Assembly: GCA_951406725.2 (NCBI GenBank)
Contig: OX597817.1
Coordinates: forward strand, 49,228,001 to 49,292,000
Reading direction: 5' to 3'
DNA from: Octopus vulgaris
Taxonomy: Eukaryota
DNA: 64,000 bases
Under the pieces are notes generated by a model that worked only from the letters and a program-made list of their open reading frames with translations, searched no databases and had not been told where the DNA came from. Positions within the stretch are counted from its first letter, which is position 1. The number at the start of each line of letters is the position of its first letter. A program made the position numbers and the translations under genes. Below, one piece after another: positions 13,430-26,674 of the stretch.

Positions 13430-13822
13430 CTCTTTTACTCTTTTACTTGTTTCAGTCATTTGACTGCGGCCATGCTGGAGCACCGCCTTTAATCGAGCAA
13501 CTCGATCTCGGGACTTATTATTTTGGAAGCCCAGTACTTATTCTATCGTTCTCTTTTGCCGAACCGCTAAGTAACGGGGACATAAACACACCAGCATCGG
13601 TTGTCAAGCAATGCTAGGGGGACAAACACAGACACACATAGACACACACACACATATATACATATATACGACGGACTTCTTTCAGTTTCCGTCTACCAAA
13701 TCCACTCACAAGGCTTTGGTCGGCCCGTGGCTATAGTAGAAGACACTTGCCCAAGGTGCCACGCAGTGGGACTGGACCCGGAACCATGTGGTTGGTAAAC
13801 AAGCTACTTACCACACAGCCAC
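13430..13822 (-). mobile_element. SINE family A, essentially full length
   Basis: tRNA-like head, CORE-like gtggcaccttgggcaagtgtctt, internal (TA/TG)n, and 3' tail ending in gtaaaaga repeats. Confidence 0.9.
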
Positions 13823-14147
13823 GCACGCACACACGCACATCAATGTTTGTATACATATAAATACACACTCATATATATTGTACAGATTAATGAAAAGACC
13901 TGTTTATTTTTTACGGAGATATTTAGTTTTTAAAAAGCTTCGTTATTTTAAATTTTATTGAGTCCTCTGCGCTAAAGTTCTTTTATACCCGAAAATGTCT
14001 TTGCTATGTTCACTCGCCTCTTCCTTCATTCTCTTTCACTGACCTTTCTCATATTAATAAATCTGCATGCACTATTATTATTATTAGTAGTAGTATTCAT
14101 ACACATACACAGTTGGTCTAACACTGAAGAAAGTTTTTTAAAACAGC

Positions 14148-14183
14148 CTTTATATTTCGAGCGCAAAGGCCTCTCTTCAGAAG
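14148..14183 (-). ncRNA. Minimal hammerhead ribozyme motif, family H3
   Basis: Minus strand ctt-CTGAAGA-gag-gcctttgcg-ctc-GAAA-t-ATA-aag with palindromic helix III ATAT. It lies in one arm of an imperfect inverted repeat (14118-14185 / 14333-14400). Confidence 0.6.
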
Positions 14184-14552
14184 AACACAGTCAAAGGGAT
14201 ATGTATTTACATAGATCCCCATTTGGGGAGCTGTAGCTACTAGTACAAGCACCGGACTAAAATGGGGTCACTTGCCCATTCGGCTTACCCAAAATGGCAG
14301 GATCTGTATAAGCATACATTTCTTTAACTATATCCTTCTGAAGTTTCGCATTTGCACCCAAAATATAATGGCTTCTTTTTAAAACTTTCTTCACTGTTAG
14401 AAGATCACCCCATTCCTCATTTCATTTCATATTCTACCTCTGAACTACAATGATTCAAGCGAAGTACAATGCTTTACATTCCTACAATATGTATTAGATG
14501 CCTTTTCTCTCTTCTGTGACACAAATATCTATTTATCGCTCTTTCTGCCTGG

Positions 14553-14587
<35 letters not shown>

Positions 14588-15156
14588 TATATAAACACAA
14601 ACCCCAACACACTCACATATATATTTATATATATGGATAGATACATTTAACGTAGATACACATATATGTGTGTGTTTACCTTGGCATACCAATATTTAAA
14701 TGTGTATGGACGCAAAAATTTTGGATTCTTGTTTCCGCATTGTTTACATAACTTTCTGTATTTATCCATTTATACAATGCCTAGTGTATAGATAATGCAA
14801 TATGAGAGAGGACTAGGGCTAATTCCTAACTTTCATGTAACCCAGATGTGGCTTATATATTATTATAACGTCTCTAGGTATTTAGATACATTATTATTAC
14901 TTAAAATAATACACATTTTTATATTCTACATACGTACATGCCTACACACACGCATACACATATGTTCACGAGAAAATAATTGCCCATATTGTTTTATGCG
15001 CTTGTATATGTGTAGACTAGATGTGTTGGTAAGGCATATGCTTGTTTATAAATGTAAAACTAAGTTTATGTAACGATTAATTAATGTAGATATACAGTTC
15101 CCAAAATAGGAGCATATTAGGAATATTCAAATACACACACTTTTATAAATATATAC

Positions 15157-15225
<69 letters not shown>

Positions 15226-15396
15226 TATACATTCGATACTTTTTTCCAAGGAATCTAATGCTCTTAGCTTAGTTTTTCCTTGAGGCTGGCCAGATTAGAG
15301 CAATCTCAAGATTAATCTGCCCAAAATGGCGAAGATAATCCGGTTCTTGAATGAGGATATATATATATAACTATTTGCATATGCATAATATCTATA

Positions 15397-15682
15397 ATGC
15401 GAACTGGCAGAAAGGTTAGCACGCTGGACAAAATGCTTAGCGACATTTCGTCCGACTTTACGTTCTGAGTTCAAATGCCGCCTTGGTCGAGCTTGCTTTT
15501 CATCCTTTCGAGGTTGAGCATATATACGACGGGCTTCTTTCAGTTTCTGTCTACCAAATCCACTCACAAGGCTTTGGTCGGCCCGAGGCTATAGTAGAAG
15601 ACACTTGCCCAAGGTGCCACGCAGTGGGACTGAACCCGGAACCATGTGGTTGGTAAGGAAGCTACTTACCACACAGCCACTC
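15397..15682. mobile_element. SINE B 5' part (plus, about 15397-15517) abutting SINE A 5' half (minus, about 15520-15682)
   Basis: Matches to both family consensus segments seen elsewhere in the window. Confidence 0.85.
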
Positions 15683-16034
15683 AAGGTTTTTAATTTTAAT
15701 ATTTATGTAGTATGATATTAATAATAACTTTTTCATTAACGGTTTAATTATCCATAATTAGCATGTATTAGTTATCCATAATTATTATGTTATTACGAAT
15801 CTATTTGTAATAGGTGTTTAATGCATTTCTAACGCTGTATTCTTGCTTGCATTACTTCATGACTTAGTAAATAATTTGTAGGAATGGCAGTGGTTTTTAC
15901 TAATTACTGCTATTTGTGATGATTGGCTCATTTATTTGGTGGCTCCTTTCTTTAATGGCTCCTTTTGTGACAACATAAATGCCATTCTAAGTCACGACTG
16001 TAGAACAGATCTTAATATACATTTATCTATCAAC

Positions 16035-16066
<32 letters not shown>

Positions 16067-16168
16067 GGCTGTGTGGTAAGTAGCTTGCTTCGAACCATAT
16101 GGTTCCGGGTTCAGTCACACTGGGAGTGGATTTGGTAGACGGAAACTGAAAGAAGCCTGTCGTATATA

Positions 16169-16238
<70 letters not shown>

Positions 16239-16386
16239 GACCATAGCTAAGTTCCAGGTCTGGTAATATTGCGAATAAAGGGTTCAACGTTGGTTTTATG
16301 TCAGCGTGTGGTGTATATACCAATTTTTTGCGTAATGAGATAAACAACCAAGGCTGTATAGATATTAGAGCATTTATAGATAGAAG

Positions 16387-16438
16387 GTCTTACAGCTGTT
16401 TCTAGGATATTAATTAATAATATCCCTTCATCGGAAAC
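16387..16438 (-). ncRNA. Hammerhead ribozyme motif, family H1
   Basis: Minus strand gttt-CCGATGA-agggatattattaattaatatccta-GAAAC-agct-GTA-agac. Confidence 0.7.
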
Positions 16439-16476
16439 GGTGTGAGAGGAAAAATTAAGTCATAGTTAGTTACACA

Positions 16477-16528
16477 GTCTCCGATGAAGGGATATTATTA
16501 ATTAATATCCTAGAAACAGCCGTAAGAC
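16477..16528 (+). ncRNA. Hammerhead ribozyme motif, family H1
   Basis: gtct-CCGATGA-agggatatt-attaatt-aatatccta-GAAAC-agcc-GTA-agac. Confidence 0.7.
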
Positions 16529-16595
16529 CTTCTATCTATAAATGCTCTAATATTTATACAGCCTTGGTTTTTTTATCGCATTACGCAAAAAATTC

Positions 16596-16663
<68 letters not shown>

Positions 16664-17110
16664 ATATATATATATATATATTATATATATATATATATAT
16701 AGACACACGCACACACACACACACATATTTGTGTGTACAGAGAAGTGAAGAACACGAGACAGAGAGGTAAAAGAAGAAGTGCAAGCAACATTCCCCGTAG
16801 TTTTTTTCCCCCAGAATCTATTCTCTTCATTCATTTGTAATGTAATTACCCAAAATGTAGTAAGTTTTTGTTTGTACTGCCCACAGCTGGATGAAAATTA
16901 AAAATACGCCATTAATTTTACTTGCCATCTTCTGATTTTCAACGTGTCGCTCTTTCATCAAACTGCAACCTCTTTAAAACTATCATTATTTATTTCTCTA
17001 ACTTGCCTTTGTCACTTTATTATACAAACATTATAAATATACATATATCAGCTTCAATGTCTACGCATTTGTTCACTGTTTCTCTATGGGTACGTGTGTC
17101 TGCCTATTTG

Positions 17111-17170
<60 letters not shown>

Positions 17171-17260
17171 TATATATGTATGTATGAATGGATGGAAGGA
17201 TTTATATGTACAAACACACACATACACACACACACATACACACACACACACACACACATA

Positions 17261-17700
17261 TACGTGGTCTGATCAATAAGTACCCGGAATGTTGCCATAG
17301 TAACGAAGCTAAAGCATGCACAGATTGACCATACACGTTGCAGTGCATGTGCACTAAGTTTTAACGTTCTAGCTTACTTCCGCTGTTTACAGCAGTGCTT
17401 GGAAGGAAAGTGTATAGCGTGTGATCGTCGCATTGACCATTACAGACAAAGATGATCAGAGAAACTGCATCACATTTTAGCAACATCTGGTCAGAAGCCT
17501 ACGCAAAGTTTTCAAGACGTTTTCATCGTTCTCGACCCAATCAAGGGGGATCTTGTGCAATTGAAACCCGAGTGTCTTCTTGGTCAGCTGAAAGCAGTTT
17601 TGTCACAAACTTGGCAGACATGCGTCTCAAACCCAAATCCTTCAGTGATAATGGACTGAGCAGAACCGTAACTGATCTGCACATCGTCTGATAACTCATA
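17261..17700. mobile_element. Decayed mariner-like element
   Basis: ta|cgtggtctgatcaataagtacccgga resembles a mariner TIR. The minus strand encodes ELSDDVQISYGSAQSIITEG, similar to the second HTH of mariner transposases. A related copy lies at about 21792-22610. Confidence 0.6.
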
Positions 17701-17861
17701 TATATATACACAAACAGACATAGACTGCTGGCTAGTTGTCAATCTCTCACAACAACTTCTGCATAAGTTGTTATGCGTGTATATATATATATATATATAT
17801 ATACATACATACATGCATACACACACACTCAGAGTTATACCTTACTTTACGAGGACCCAGT

Positions 17862-18040
17862 GGAGGCGCGTGGCTTAGTGGACAGTGTGTTGAACTCATG
17901 AGCGTAAGGTTGTGGTTTCAATTCCTAGATCGGACGACGCGTTGTGTTCTTGAGCAAAACACTTCATTTCAAGTTGCTCCAGTCCACTCAGCTGGCAAAA
18001 ATGAGTAATCTTGCGAAGGACCGGCGTCCCGTCCAGGTAG
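17862..18040 (+). mobile_element. SINE family C (tRNA-like head)
   Basis: ggaggcgcgtggcttagtgg...ggtttcaattcc head followed by gtgttcttgagcaaaacactt CORE-like segment. Confidence 0.75.
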
Positions 18041-19197
18041 AGAATTTATATATATATATATATATATATATACAGAGTTATACCTTACAAGACTCCGTGT
18101 TCACGAGTTTTATTTTTCAGCTCACTTTGTATAGTGAGCTGAATGATGTAAACACAAGATCTAAATTTTGAACGAAGTACCAGTTTCTACTACCATAACA
18201 AATGCATGTGCGCGTTACTGAGAAATTTATAGAATGCGAAAACAATGCTTCTTCTAAGCAAACAACTCTAGACTGTTTTTTTAAAAAAAGAAGTCTACAA
18301 GTCCGTCTACGAGTACTTGTGAATCGGTGATCGCGTCTACAAGTGATGGGGTGTACCAGTTTAGCGCGTGTGAAAGTGATTCAGAAAACGATAATAATAA
18401 AATTATGGTTATTATAAATGACCTTGACATTCTTTTTTACTTTACATAAAATATTCTTTACATTCTACTGTTGTTTTATTGCCATTGTATGCATATATAC
18501 ATATATACAAATAGACGGATAATGTGAAAGAAAAGGAGGATAAATTTTAAGAAAGATAGATATGGAAAGAGATAAAGAGAGAGAAAAGAGAGGGTGAGAA
18601 ACAGACAGATAGACAGGGAAAGAGGGAGAGAGTGAGAGAGAGAGAGGAGGAGGAGGAGGAGGAGGAGAGATGTTAACACATATATTACATAAATTGTATC
18701 TTCCTAGTTTCATATAATTTTCCTTTCCGTGTTGCACTATACATACATAATTACGGCTCCGGCACCACATTTTCTTTTATCTCCGAGAAGAAATTATTAG
18801 CTTTCGCATCAAATATTCTTCCTTAGTGGAGAAAGGGTTACTGTAAAATAATCTCCAATGACCATTCTCGTGACGCAAGGCAACTGATTCAGAAAGATGG
18901 GAGAGAGGAAAGGAGAGAGAGAAAACAAGGGGAATCTACCAATTACTTTACTGTTAATTCCGTTCTCAATCCATGGCTTACACTCAGAGTTCAAAAAGCT
19001 GGAATACCATATGGTAACCTAGCCAGCCGACCCTATAACAACTCTCCTAATTCGCTGACCATGTTGTGAATATGTTCGTATACGTTGGTTTCAAAAATTT
19101 TGGTAAAAGGCAAGCAAACTGTGGGGAGGTGGCAAGTCGGTTGTATTGACCTCAATATTCAACTGGTACTTAATTTATCGACACCCCAAAAGAATGT

Positions 19198-19491
19198 AAT
19201 AGAGAGTGAGGTGGAGGAATGAAAATAGATGTGAGATATGAAGAGATATTGCATTTGTAGATCCATTATTTAGGCAGAATGGTATGCATATAAGATTCCA
19301 ATACCTTGTGAGTAAAAATCCACTGTGTACAAACTTTATACTTGGAATGACCAATTTTAGATACTATTGGATTTTACTCACAAGGTATTGGAATCTTATA
19401 TGTATACCATTCTGCCTAAATAATAGATCTACAAAGGCAATATCCCTGCATATCTCTCATCTATTTTCATTCCACTACTTCACTCTCTATT
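19198..19491. repeat. Inverted repeat, about 124-bp arms with 45-bp spacer, directly upstream of an H1 hammerhead
   Basis: 19198-19322 versus 19368-19491 (for example taagattccaataccttgtgagtaaaa / ttttactcacaaggtattggaatctta). Confidence 0.9.
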
Positions 19492-19537
19492 TCGTATCTT
19501 ATCTAAATTAACTATTGTTTAACCATTTTCTCACACC

Positions 19538-19585
19538 GTCTCCGATGAAGGGATATAATAAATATCCTGGAAACAGCTGTAAGAC
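19538..19585 (+). ncRNA. Hammerhead ribozyme motif, family H1
   Basis: gtct-CCGATGA-agggatat-aataa-atatcctg-GAAAC-agct-GTA-agac; the element runs into (TATG)n(TA)n. Confidence 0.7.
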
Positions 19586-19716
19586 CTTCTATTTATAAAT
19601 GTTCTAAAATCTTCACAGCCTTGTTTTTTTTTTTATTTCATTCTGAAAAAAAATTATATTTATGTATGTATGTATGTATGTATGTATGTATGTATGTATG
19701 TATGTATGTATGTATG

Positions 19717-19779
<63 letters not shown>

Positions 19780-19782
<3 letters not shown>

Positions 19783-21191
19783 AGTGTTAAGATCAAGGAT
19801 AGCTGACTTCCTGGAGACCCACAAACTCCTAAATGCAAATCAGCATGGCTTTCGCTGTGGCAGGGACTGTCTAACACAGCTCTTTCACCACAATGAAGAT
19901 GTACTCAAAGCCTTGGGAACAGGTTCGAACTCTGATGTCATATATCTTGACTTCAGTAAAGCGTTCGACAAGGTAGACCATAATATCCTACTCTCAAAAT
20001 TGGTAAATGTTGGAATCCGTGGAAAAGTTCTACACTGGATTAAGTATTTCCTGGCGAATAGAACACAACATGTTATAGTTGATGGAGTCCACTCAAGCCC
20101 AGCAAAAGTCACCAGCGGTGTCCCCCAGGGGACTGTCTTGGGTCCGCTACTCTTCATAATTTACATAAACGACATTTCCAGTGTCGTACATTACTGCAAA
20201 GTGAAAATATTTGCTGATGACACTAAGCTCCAGCAAATCGTCAATGAAGAAGCAGACCGAACTCAATTCCAGTCTGATCTATATGCTGTGAGTCAATGGG
20301 CAGACAGAAACAAAATGCAACTGAACGAGGGAAAATTTGAGCTGATGCATTTTGGAAGAAATTTCTCACTAAAACAGCCATACTCTCTTCCTTCAGGGGA
20401 ACCGCTCACAGCCTCTAACAATATCAGAGACCTGGGTGTAATTGTTGATGACGATCTCAGTTGGAGTGCACACGTCAACAAGAAGGTCGATATAGCTCGT
20501 AGGATGAGTTCCTGGATCTTAAGAACTTTCCGGTCCAGAGAACAAGGTGTCATCATACCACTTTTCTCCTCCTTTGTACGGCCACACCTCGAATACTGCT
20601 GCCCACTGTGGTCTCCCCATACAAGACAAAACATCTCCAGGATTGAATCACCCCAGAGGGTACTCACTAAACGAATTGAAGGCATGGCTGCTCTCGATTA
20701 TTGGGATGGCCTTAAAGCCCTGAAACTCTACTCTCTCCAGCGTCGCCGTGAGCGGTACATCATTTGTACGATGTGGAGAATATACCGCCAACTTTGCCCA
20801 AACGGCCTGAACATTAGCTTCAAGGTTCACCCAAGACTGGGACCACGGGCCATACGTCCACTGCTCAATTCAAGATCACAGCATACATGTACACTGCAAC
20901 ATAATTTCTTTTCCTCAACAGGCCCTGCCCTATTCAACATTGTCCCGAAAGAGATCAAAGAGGAAAAGGATCCCATCAACTTTAAACGGAGTCTGGATAG
21001 ATTCCTTCAAAGAATACCAGATAAGCCACCCATAATTGGATACAACTCACCCAACAAAAACTCACTACTTGAATGGACCATAAACAAAACTTGACTTAAA
21101 CAGGATTCAAATAATCCTATCAGGTGGTGCTATTAAGTTAGACATGGCCTGGACCAATGTTTGGTCGAACATATCTAAGTTTATCTAAGTT
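19780..21191 (+). mobile_element. 5'-truncated CR1/L2-group LINE
   Basis: RT frame followed by about 100 nt of 3' UTR and a tandem tail (tatctaagtt)x2; (TA)n on both sides. Confidence 0.9.
19784..21094 (+). CDS. LINE ORF2 reverse transcriptase, C-terminal 436 aa (N-terminally truncated, no real start codon)
   Basis: Motifs [39 protein letters not shown] and RPHLEYC with no stops. Confidence 0.9.
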   Translation: MLRSRIADFLETHKLLNANQHGFRCGRDCLTQLFHHNEDVLKALGTGSNSDVIYLDFSKAFDKVDHNILLSKLVNVGIRGKVLHWIKYFLANRTQHVIVDGVHSSPAKVTSGVPQGTVLGPLLFIIYINDISSVVHYCKVKIFADDTKLQQIVNEEADRTQFQSDLYAVSQWADRNKMQLNEGKFELMHFGRNFSLKQPYSLPSGEPLTASNNIRDLGVIVDDDLSWSAHVNKKVDIARRMSSWILRTFRSREQGVIIPLFSSFVRPHLEYCCPLWSPHTRQNISRIESPQRVLTKRIEGMAALDYWDGLKALKLYSLQRRRERYIICTMWRIYRQLCPNGLNISFKVHPRLGPRAIRPLLNSRSQHTCTLQHNFFSSTGPALFNIVPKEIKEEKDPINFKRSLDRFLQRIPDKPPIIGYNSPNKNSLLEWTINKT

Positions 21192-21850
21192 TATATATAT
21201 ATATATATATATATATAGATATGTGCATACGTACGTACATACGTATGTATGTATGTATGCATGTATGTATAAATTCCCAGACAGTATATGAAATACAATA
21301 TACAGTAATAAATTGGATACATTATTTTGCTTATTATTGGGTAATTATTTCTTTTTTTTATTAATATGAATGTTTATATAATGTTCATGATATTCGTATT
21401 CATAACTTAATTTGTAATCTTATTTTGTTTGCTACATTAACTGCTACTTGGGAATATAATTAATCCAATGGGATTATAGGTTACATAAGTGGTACAACTA
21501 CTATATTTAAACAGCGATCTAGTTTGCAAGAATTTAGATGCAAAACAACAATGCGGTTATGCTGTTATTTCGATATCTTTGACAATTCGAGTAACGCCCC
21601 GGCTTCGGATGTAATAAAAAATATGTTTTGCAGGCTATGCACACCGTCAATAGGCTGATACATTTGCCAACGTATATTTTCACCGTAAGGTAAACATGTA
21701 AAACGAAAGAACAGTGGTAGATGAGATTAGATGTATAGTTTAAGCAATAGGATATGTATATATATCGCAAAACAGCTCAAAAAGTTTGTGATACATGTGT
21801 GTCTTGATCAAAAGTATCAGGACTCTTGCTATAGTAATGGAACTATATAA

Positions 21851-22424
21851 GGCGGCGAGCTGGCAGAAACGTTAGCACGCCGGGCGAAATGCGTAGCCAT
21901 ATTTCGTCTGTCGTTATGTTCTGAGTTCAAATTCCGCCGACTTTACCTTTCATCCTTTCGGGGTCGATTAAATAAATACCAGTTACGCACTGGGGTCGAT
22001 ACAATCGACTTAATCCGTTTGTCTGTCCTTGTTTGTCCTCTCTGTGTTTAGCCCCTTGTGGGTAGTATAGAAAGAGGTATTTCGTCTGTCGTTACGTTCT
22101 GAGTTCAAGTTCCACCGAAGTCGACTTTGCCTTTCATCCTTTCGAAGTCGATAAATGATGTACCAGTTACGCACTGGGGTCGATGTAACCGACTTAATCC
22201 GTTGTCTGTCCTTGTTTGTCCCCTCTGTGTTTAGCCCCTTGTGGGTAGTAAAGAAATAGGCATTTCGTCTGCCGCCATGTTCTGAGTTCAAATTGCTTTC
22301 ATCCTTTCGGGGTCGATAAATAAAGTACCAGTTCAGCACTGGAGCCGATGTAATCGATTTAATCCGTTTGTCTGTTCTTGTTTGTCCCCTCTATGTTTAG
22401 CCACTTGTGGGCAGTAAAGAAATA
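21851..22424 (+). mobile_element. SINE family B tandem array (head plus three repeated body/tail units) inserted in a mariner-like remnant
   Basis: Repeated atttcgtctg...ttctgagttcaa...gtttagcccc units. TSD-like tatagtaatggaacta (21830-21845) and tattgtaatggaacta (22425-22440). Confidence 0.9.
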
Positions 22425-23013
22425 TATTGTAATGGAACTAAAGTATGCAGAATGACGTCGCTTGGCACAGATTGACGTTGAACTCTGTCGCGCATGCACA
22501 CCAGGTTATAACGTTCTCGCTCACTTACATTGTTTAAAGCAGAGGCTTCCGAGTAAAGTGTATCGAATGTGGTCGTCTCACCACACCACAGAGGTGACCA
22601 TGGCAGAGAAAATGTGTGTGTGTGTTGATCGGATCAACTGGAACCCTCGTCGTCGTAACCGACGGAGTGCCACGATTCTTGTGGAACCCCGTATCTGTTC
22701 GATCTTTAAAAACTGTTTCGTTCGACATACATTCACTAGTGTAATTTCCCAATAGCATTCTTTGTGAGAACATATTTCGGTGGTCAGAGACACTATGTTA
22801 AACTATGTAAAATGTCAGAGAAACAACCTAACTATTTCTTGCAACAAAATCAATGTCAAACTCAAAATGCACCCAAGTCAAAATGTTTTGGGGTCGATAA
22901 ATTAAATACCAGTGAAACACTGGGGTCGATGTAATCGACTAGTCCCCTCCACCCAAATTTAATGTCTTGTGCTTTTAGCAGTAAGGATTTTTATTATCAT
23001 CATCATAATTGAG

Positions 23014-23055
<42 letters not shown>

Positions 23056-25299
23056 GATGTAATATCAGTCGTCGTAGTGCCAACACATGCATTCTGTTAG
23101 TTACAAGTGGTACATTGCCTCACCTCAATGTGTTTATTCTTGAAAAAAGGCTTACACACATACACATACATACGCGAGGACTAAGCCTTCTAATGATACA
23201 TACATACATACATACATACATACATGTATACATACGTACATATGTATGTATATGCATATATGTATCAATGGAAGTCACCGTCCTCGTTATCATAATACAA
23301 TAACAACAGCTGTGAAGGAAGTTGGATGTAAACTCGGTTGTTATTATGATTGTTATGTAAATAAATTTCGTTATGAAAAGAAATCTTTTCCATTAAGTTT
23401 CTGATGGAATGATGCAGACATATTGTCCCTTACACTTCCACTGCTGCTGCTGCTGCTGTTGTTGTTGTAGTTGTTGTTGTTGTTGCTGTTGTTGTCGTAG
23501 TCGCCGCCGCCCCACCGCCGTTGTCGTTGTCATCGTTCTACTTTAGCTGCAAGTGAATCCTGAATTGAGCAGAATTTTGATCCGAGCTATTCTAGTTTCT
23601 TTTTTTTTCTATGGCGTAATGTGTTCTAGACTAGTGTCCAATGCGTTCTTCCGTTTCTTAAAAAAAAATAGTCAATGATTGAAGAGGTCATTTGTTTCTT
23701 CTTTTAGCAGGTCGTTCAACTACATACCGGGTCCCCCTTTCATGTTATAATTAATAGATGATAGACAGCTACGATAAAACTTTTGCTTATAAAAGACAAA
23801 GCACAAAAGGAAATAAATATTCGCATATTGCTGTTGTTTAGCCCCATATTACTCACCGGACCACAAAAGAGGGGATCTGGAGGAGTTCAGACTGATACTA
23901 ATTTACCTGGAACGGAGAGTAAGAATCTCAAATGTACCACGAGAACAAGACGTTTGGTTGGTAGTGAAATTTACGGTCTTGGAAGACCCTTGACATGCTG
24001 CTGGAAATGAAAAGATTCCGAAAAGAATATTAGGTTGTGATGGGTTTGGAGATTTTGATTCAGGTGAAAGCTGAGGCAATAGACAAAATCCCCGACTAAA
24101 TAGATATCTGAAAAAGGCATCAGCCGCAAGTAGTAGTGGAAGACTGATGTCCTCGATGCTACAGCTCCGAAAATACTATTCACTTCAAGGTTTTCTGCCC
24201 CAACAGTAACAACAAAAACAACAGCTGAAAGAGGGCTCCCACTACTGTCAACACTTCGATTTCAACAGCAGCAACAGCCGTTCAAGAATTTGGACCTGGA
24301 GATCTCCATTTCTAGCGACTTCAGGGGCCACCTCCCAGTGGTGTCGGGTGTCAACGAAGAGCCCTCGACTACAACAAAACGACCAAAGTTTTTTTTTCCA
24401 AGGTCTGGGGTCTCCCGCCCCTAAGCCCTAGACCATCACCTAATCCCCCTTACCCGCCTTGTTGCTTAACAACAACAACAACAGCAGCAACAACCACAAT
24501 ACAAATAATTACAGGACGGAATATCTGCCTCTCCGCAGGATTAAGATATGTGGGCCTTTCTCACATTCCTTTTCCGTTTTATGGCCTTCTTTATAATAGG
24601 AAGTATAAACACTTAAGAAGGGCCGCAGCCGGCTTGCTTGGAATGAAATTAGCTCTCGAACATTCTTCATCGTGAAGCATGAATGTTGCGTCATCAGAGC
24701 CGAAGCACATGTTCCAAGATACAAGCAGACGAAAGTCGTTCGATGGTTCCGAGTAGCAGAGATGTAACATGGCAACAAAGCCACGATTCGATCTACAGCC
24801 GACTATAATGGGCGCATGTTCCTCGACTTCAAAAAGCTGTGTAAAACTTTACAGCAAAACTTCGACCGGATTGCATGATGTATTTCTATACCTTCCTCCA
24901 CAGCCTTCTTTGATTTTCGGTGAGGGATTCTCAGTGTTACGAAAAGCTATTAACAGCTGTGGAGATACGGAAAGTGATGAGCGATGGTTGCTGCAGGGAT
25001 GGCATACCCATATGCTTAACATTTATATGTCCTCTTGGCAGATATCTACCGAAATTAGCGGCATAACGGTAGCAGTGAAACTGCTGAGAAATGACCCAAA
25101 CAAATAGGATTACATTTATAATTTTTGGCCCTTTCGATCTTAGCTTAAATCCCGCCAACGTCAACTTTGCCTTTCATCCTTCCAGGGTCGATAAATTAAA
25201 GTAAGGGTCAAGTGCTAGAGTCGATGTCAAGTGCTGGAGTTGACTAATTCCTCGCGCCCATAAACATTTGAGATCTTGTACCTAAATCAAGATTTATCA

Positions 25300-25710
25300 C
25301 CTTTTATCATTTACTGGTTTCAGTCATTAGACTGCAGCCATGCTGTGGCACTGTAGAAATTTAGTTACACAAATTGTTGCCTTGAGAACTTGGTATTTAT
25401 TGCATCGGGCTCTTTTGCGAACCGCTAAGTTACGGGGATGTTAACACTCCAAAACCAGTTGCCGAACAGTGGGGGACAAACTCGCGCGCGCGCCAACTAC
25501 TGCTTTTGACAATTAGTCTTGGTTTGCTTACACTCCCGCAACTTAGCGGTTCGGCGAAAGTAACCGACAGGGCAATTACCAGACTTTAAAAATAAGTACT
25601 GATTGACGTTGGGGCAATATGCTCGACTAAAAAAGAAAAAAGAGCCCTTCAAGGCGATGTCCCAGCATGGATACGCTCCAATGAGTGCAACAATTAAACG
25701 ATAAAAGATA
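25300..25710. mobile_element. Two SINE family A 3' halves in opposite orientation
   Basis: gaaccgctaagttacggggat (minus copy) and acttagcggttcggc (plus copy). Confidence 0.7.
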
Positions 25711-26033
25711 ATTGGTACAACAATACTTTCCTGGAAGAACTTCGTGGATTAAAGGGAGATTTAACTACTTTCTCTTGCAAGTCAATCACACGTGTGGACG
25801 CACCTGCGCTGGATCGCGGTAATTGTTTTATGCAAGGATGAAAAACCAAAGTGTAGCCTCTGTTGGATTTGAACTGAACACCTTCAGGGACGTGGCTAAA
25901 TTAATACCACAACACCATTTCCATCAAAATACTTTAAACACCATCATCATCATCACCATCACCATCACCACCAGCACCACCACAACCACCGTTGCCGCCA
26001 TCACCAGCAGCAGCAGCAGCATTATCATCATTG

Positions 26034-26091
<58 letters not shown>

Positions 26092-26321
26092 TATCATCAG
26101 CAGCAGCAGTTAGATCTTTATATTGCTATTTACTATATCTTTACGCTTCAATTAGAATTATAATCTGTTAACTTGCAATACTCTGTCACTCATTCCCTCT
26201 TTCACCTTCTTTCCTCTGTCTCAGTAAATATGTGTGTGTGTGTGTGTTTATATATATATACATACATATATATATATATATATGTATGTATGCATGTATG
26301 TATATATATATACATATATAT

Positions 26322-26359
<38 letters not shown>

Positions 26360-26453
26360 TGATTCTAGTTTCAGCTCATGAGCTGTGGCCAAGCTGGGGC
26401 ACCGCCATATATATATATACATATATATGTATGTGTTTATATATACATATATC

Positions 26454-26487
<34 letters not shown>

Positions 26488-26640
26488 TATATATATATGT
26501 GTATATATATATGTTTATATAGACATATATATCTTTATATAATATATATATTTATATATATATATGATAGAGATTAATGTATGCATATATACATATATAA
26601 CGTATATATGTATAAATATATAAATATATGTACACACACG

Positions 26641-26674
<34 letters not shown>

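Larger units (their letters stand above)
16322..16594. mobile_element. Fold-back element, family H1, about 117-bp inverted arms with 38-bp spacer
   Basis: 16322-16438 is a near-exact reverse complement of 16477-16594. The right end abuts (TA)n. Same family as 3218-3394 and 19480-19645. Confidence 0.8.

Noticed and set aside
21851-22424. Regularly spaced repeats suggestive of a CRISPR array
   Set aside because: The units are whole SINE bodies without unique spacers, in a eukaryotic context with no cas genes.
24700-25100. Possible ancient LINE RT remnant (MFLDFKK-like)
   Set aside because: Too degraded to support from sequence alone.
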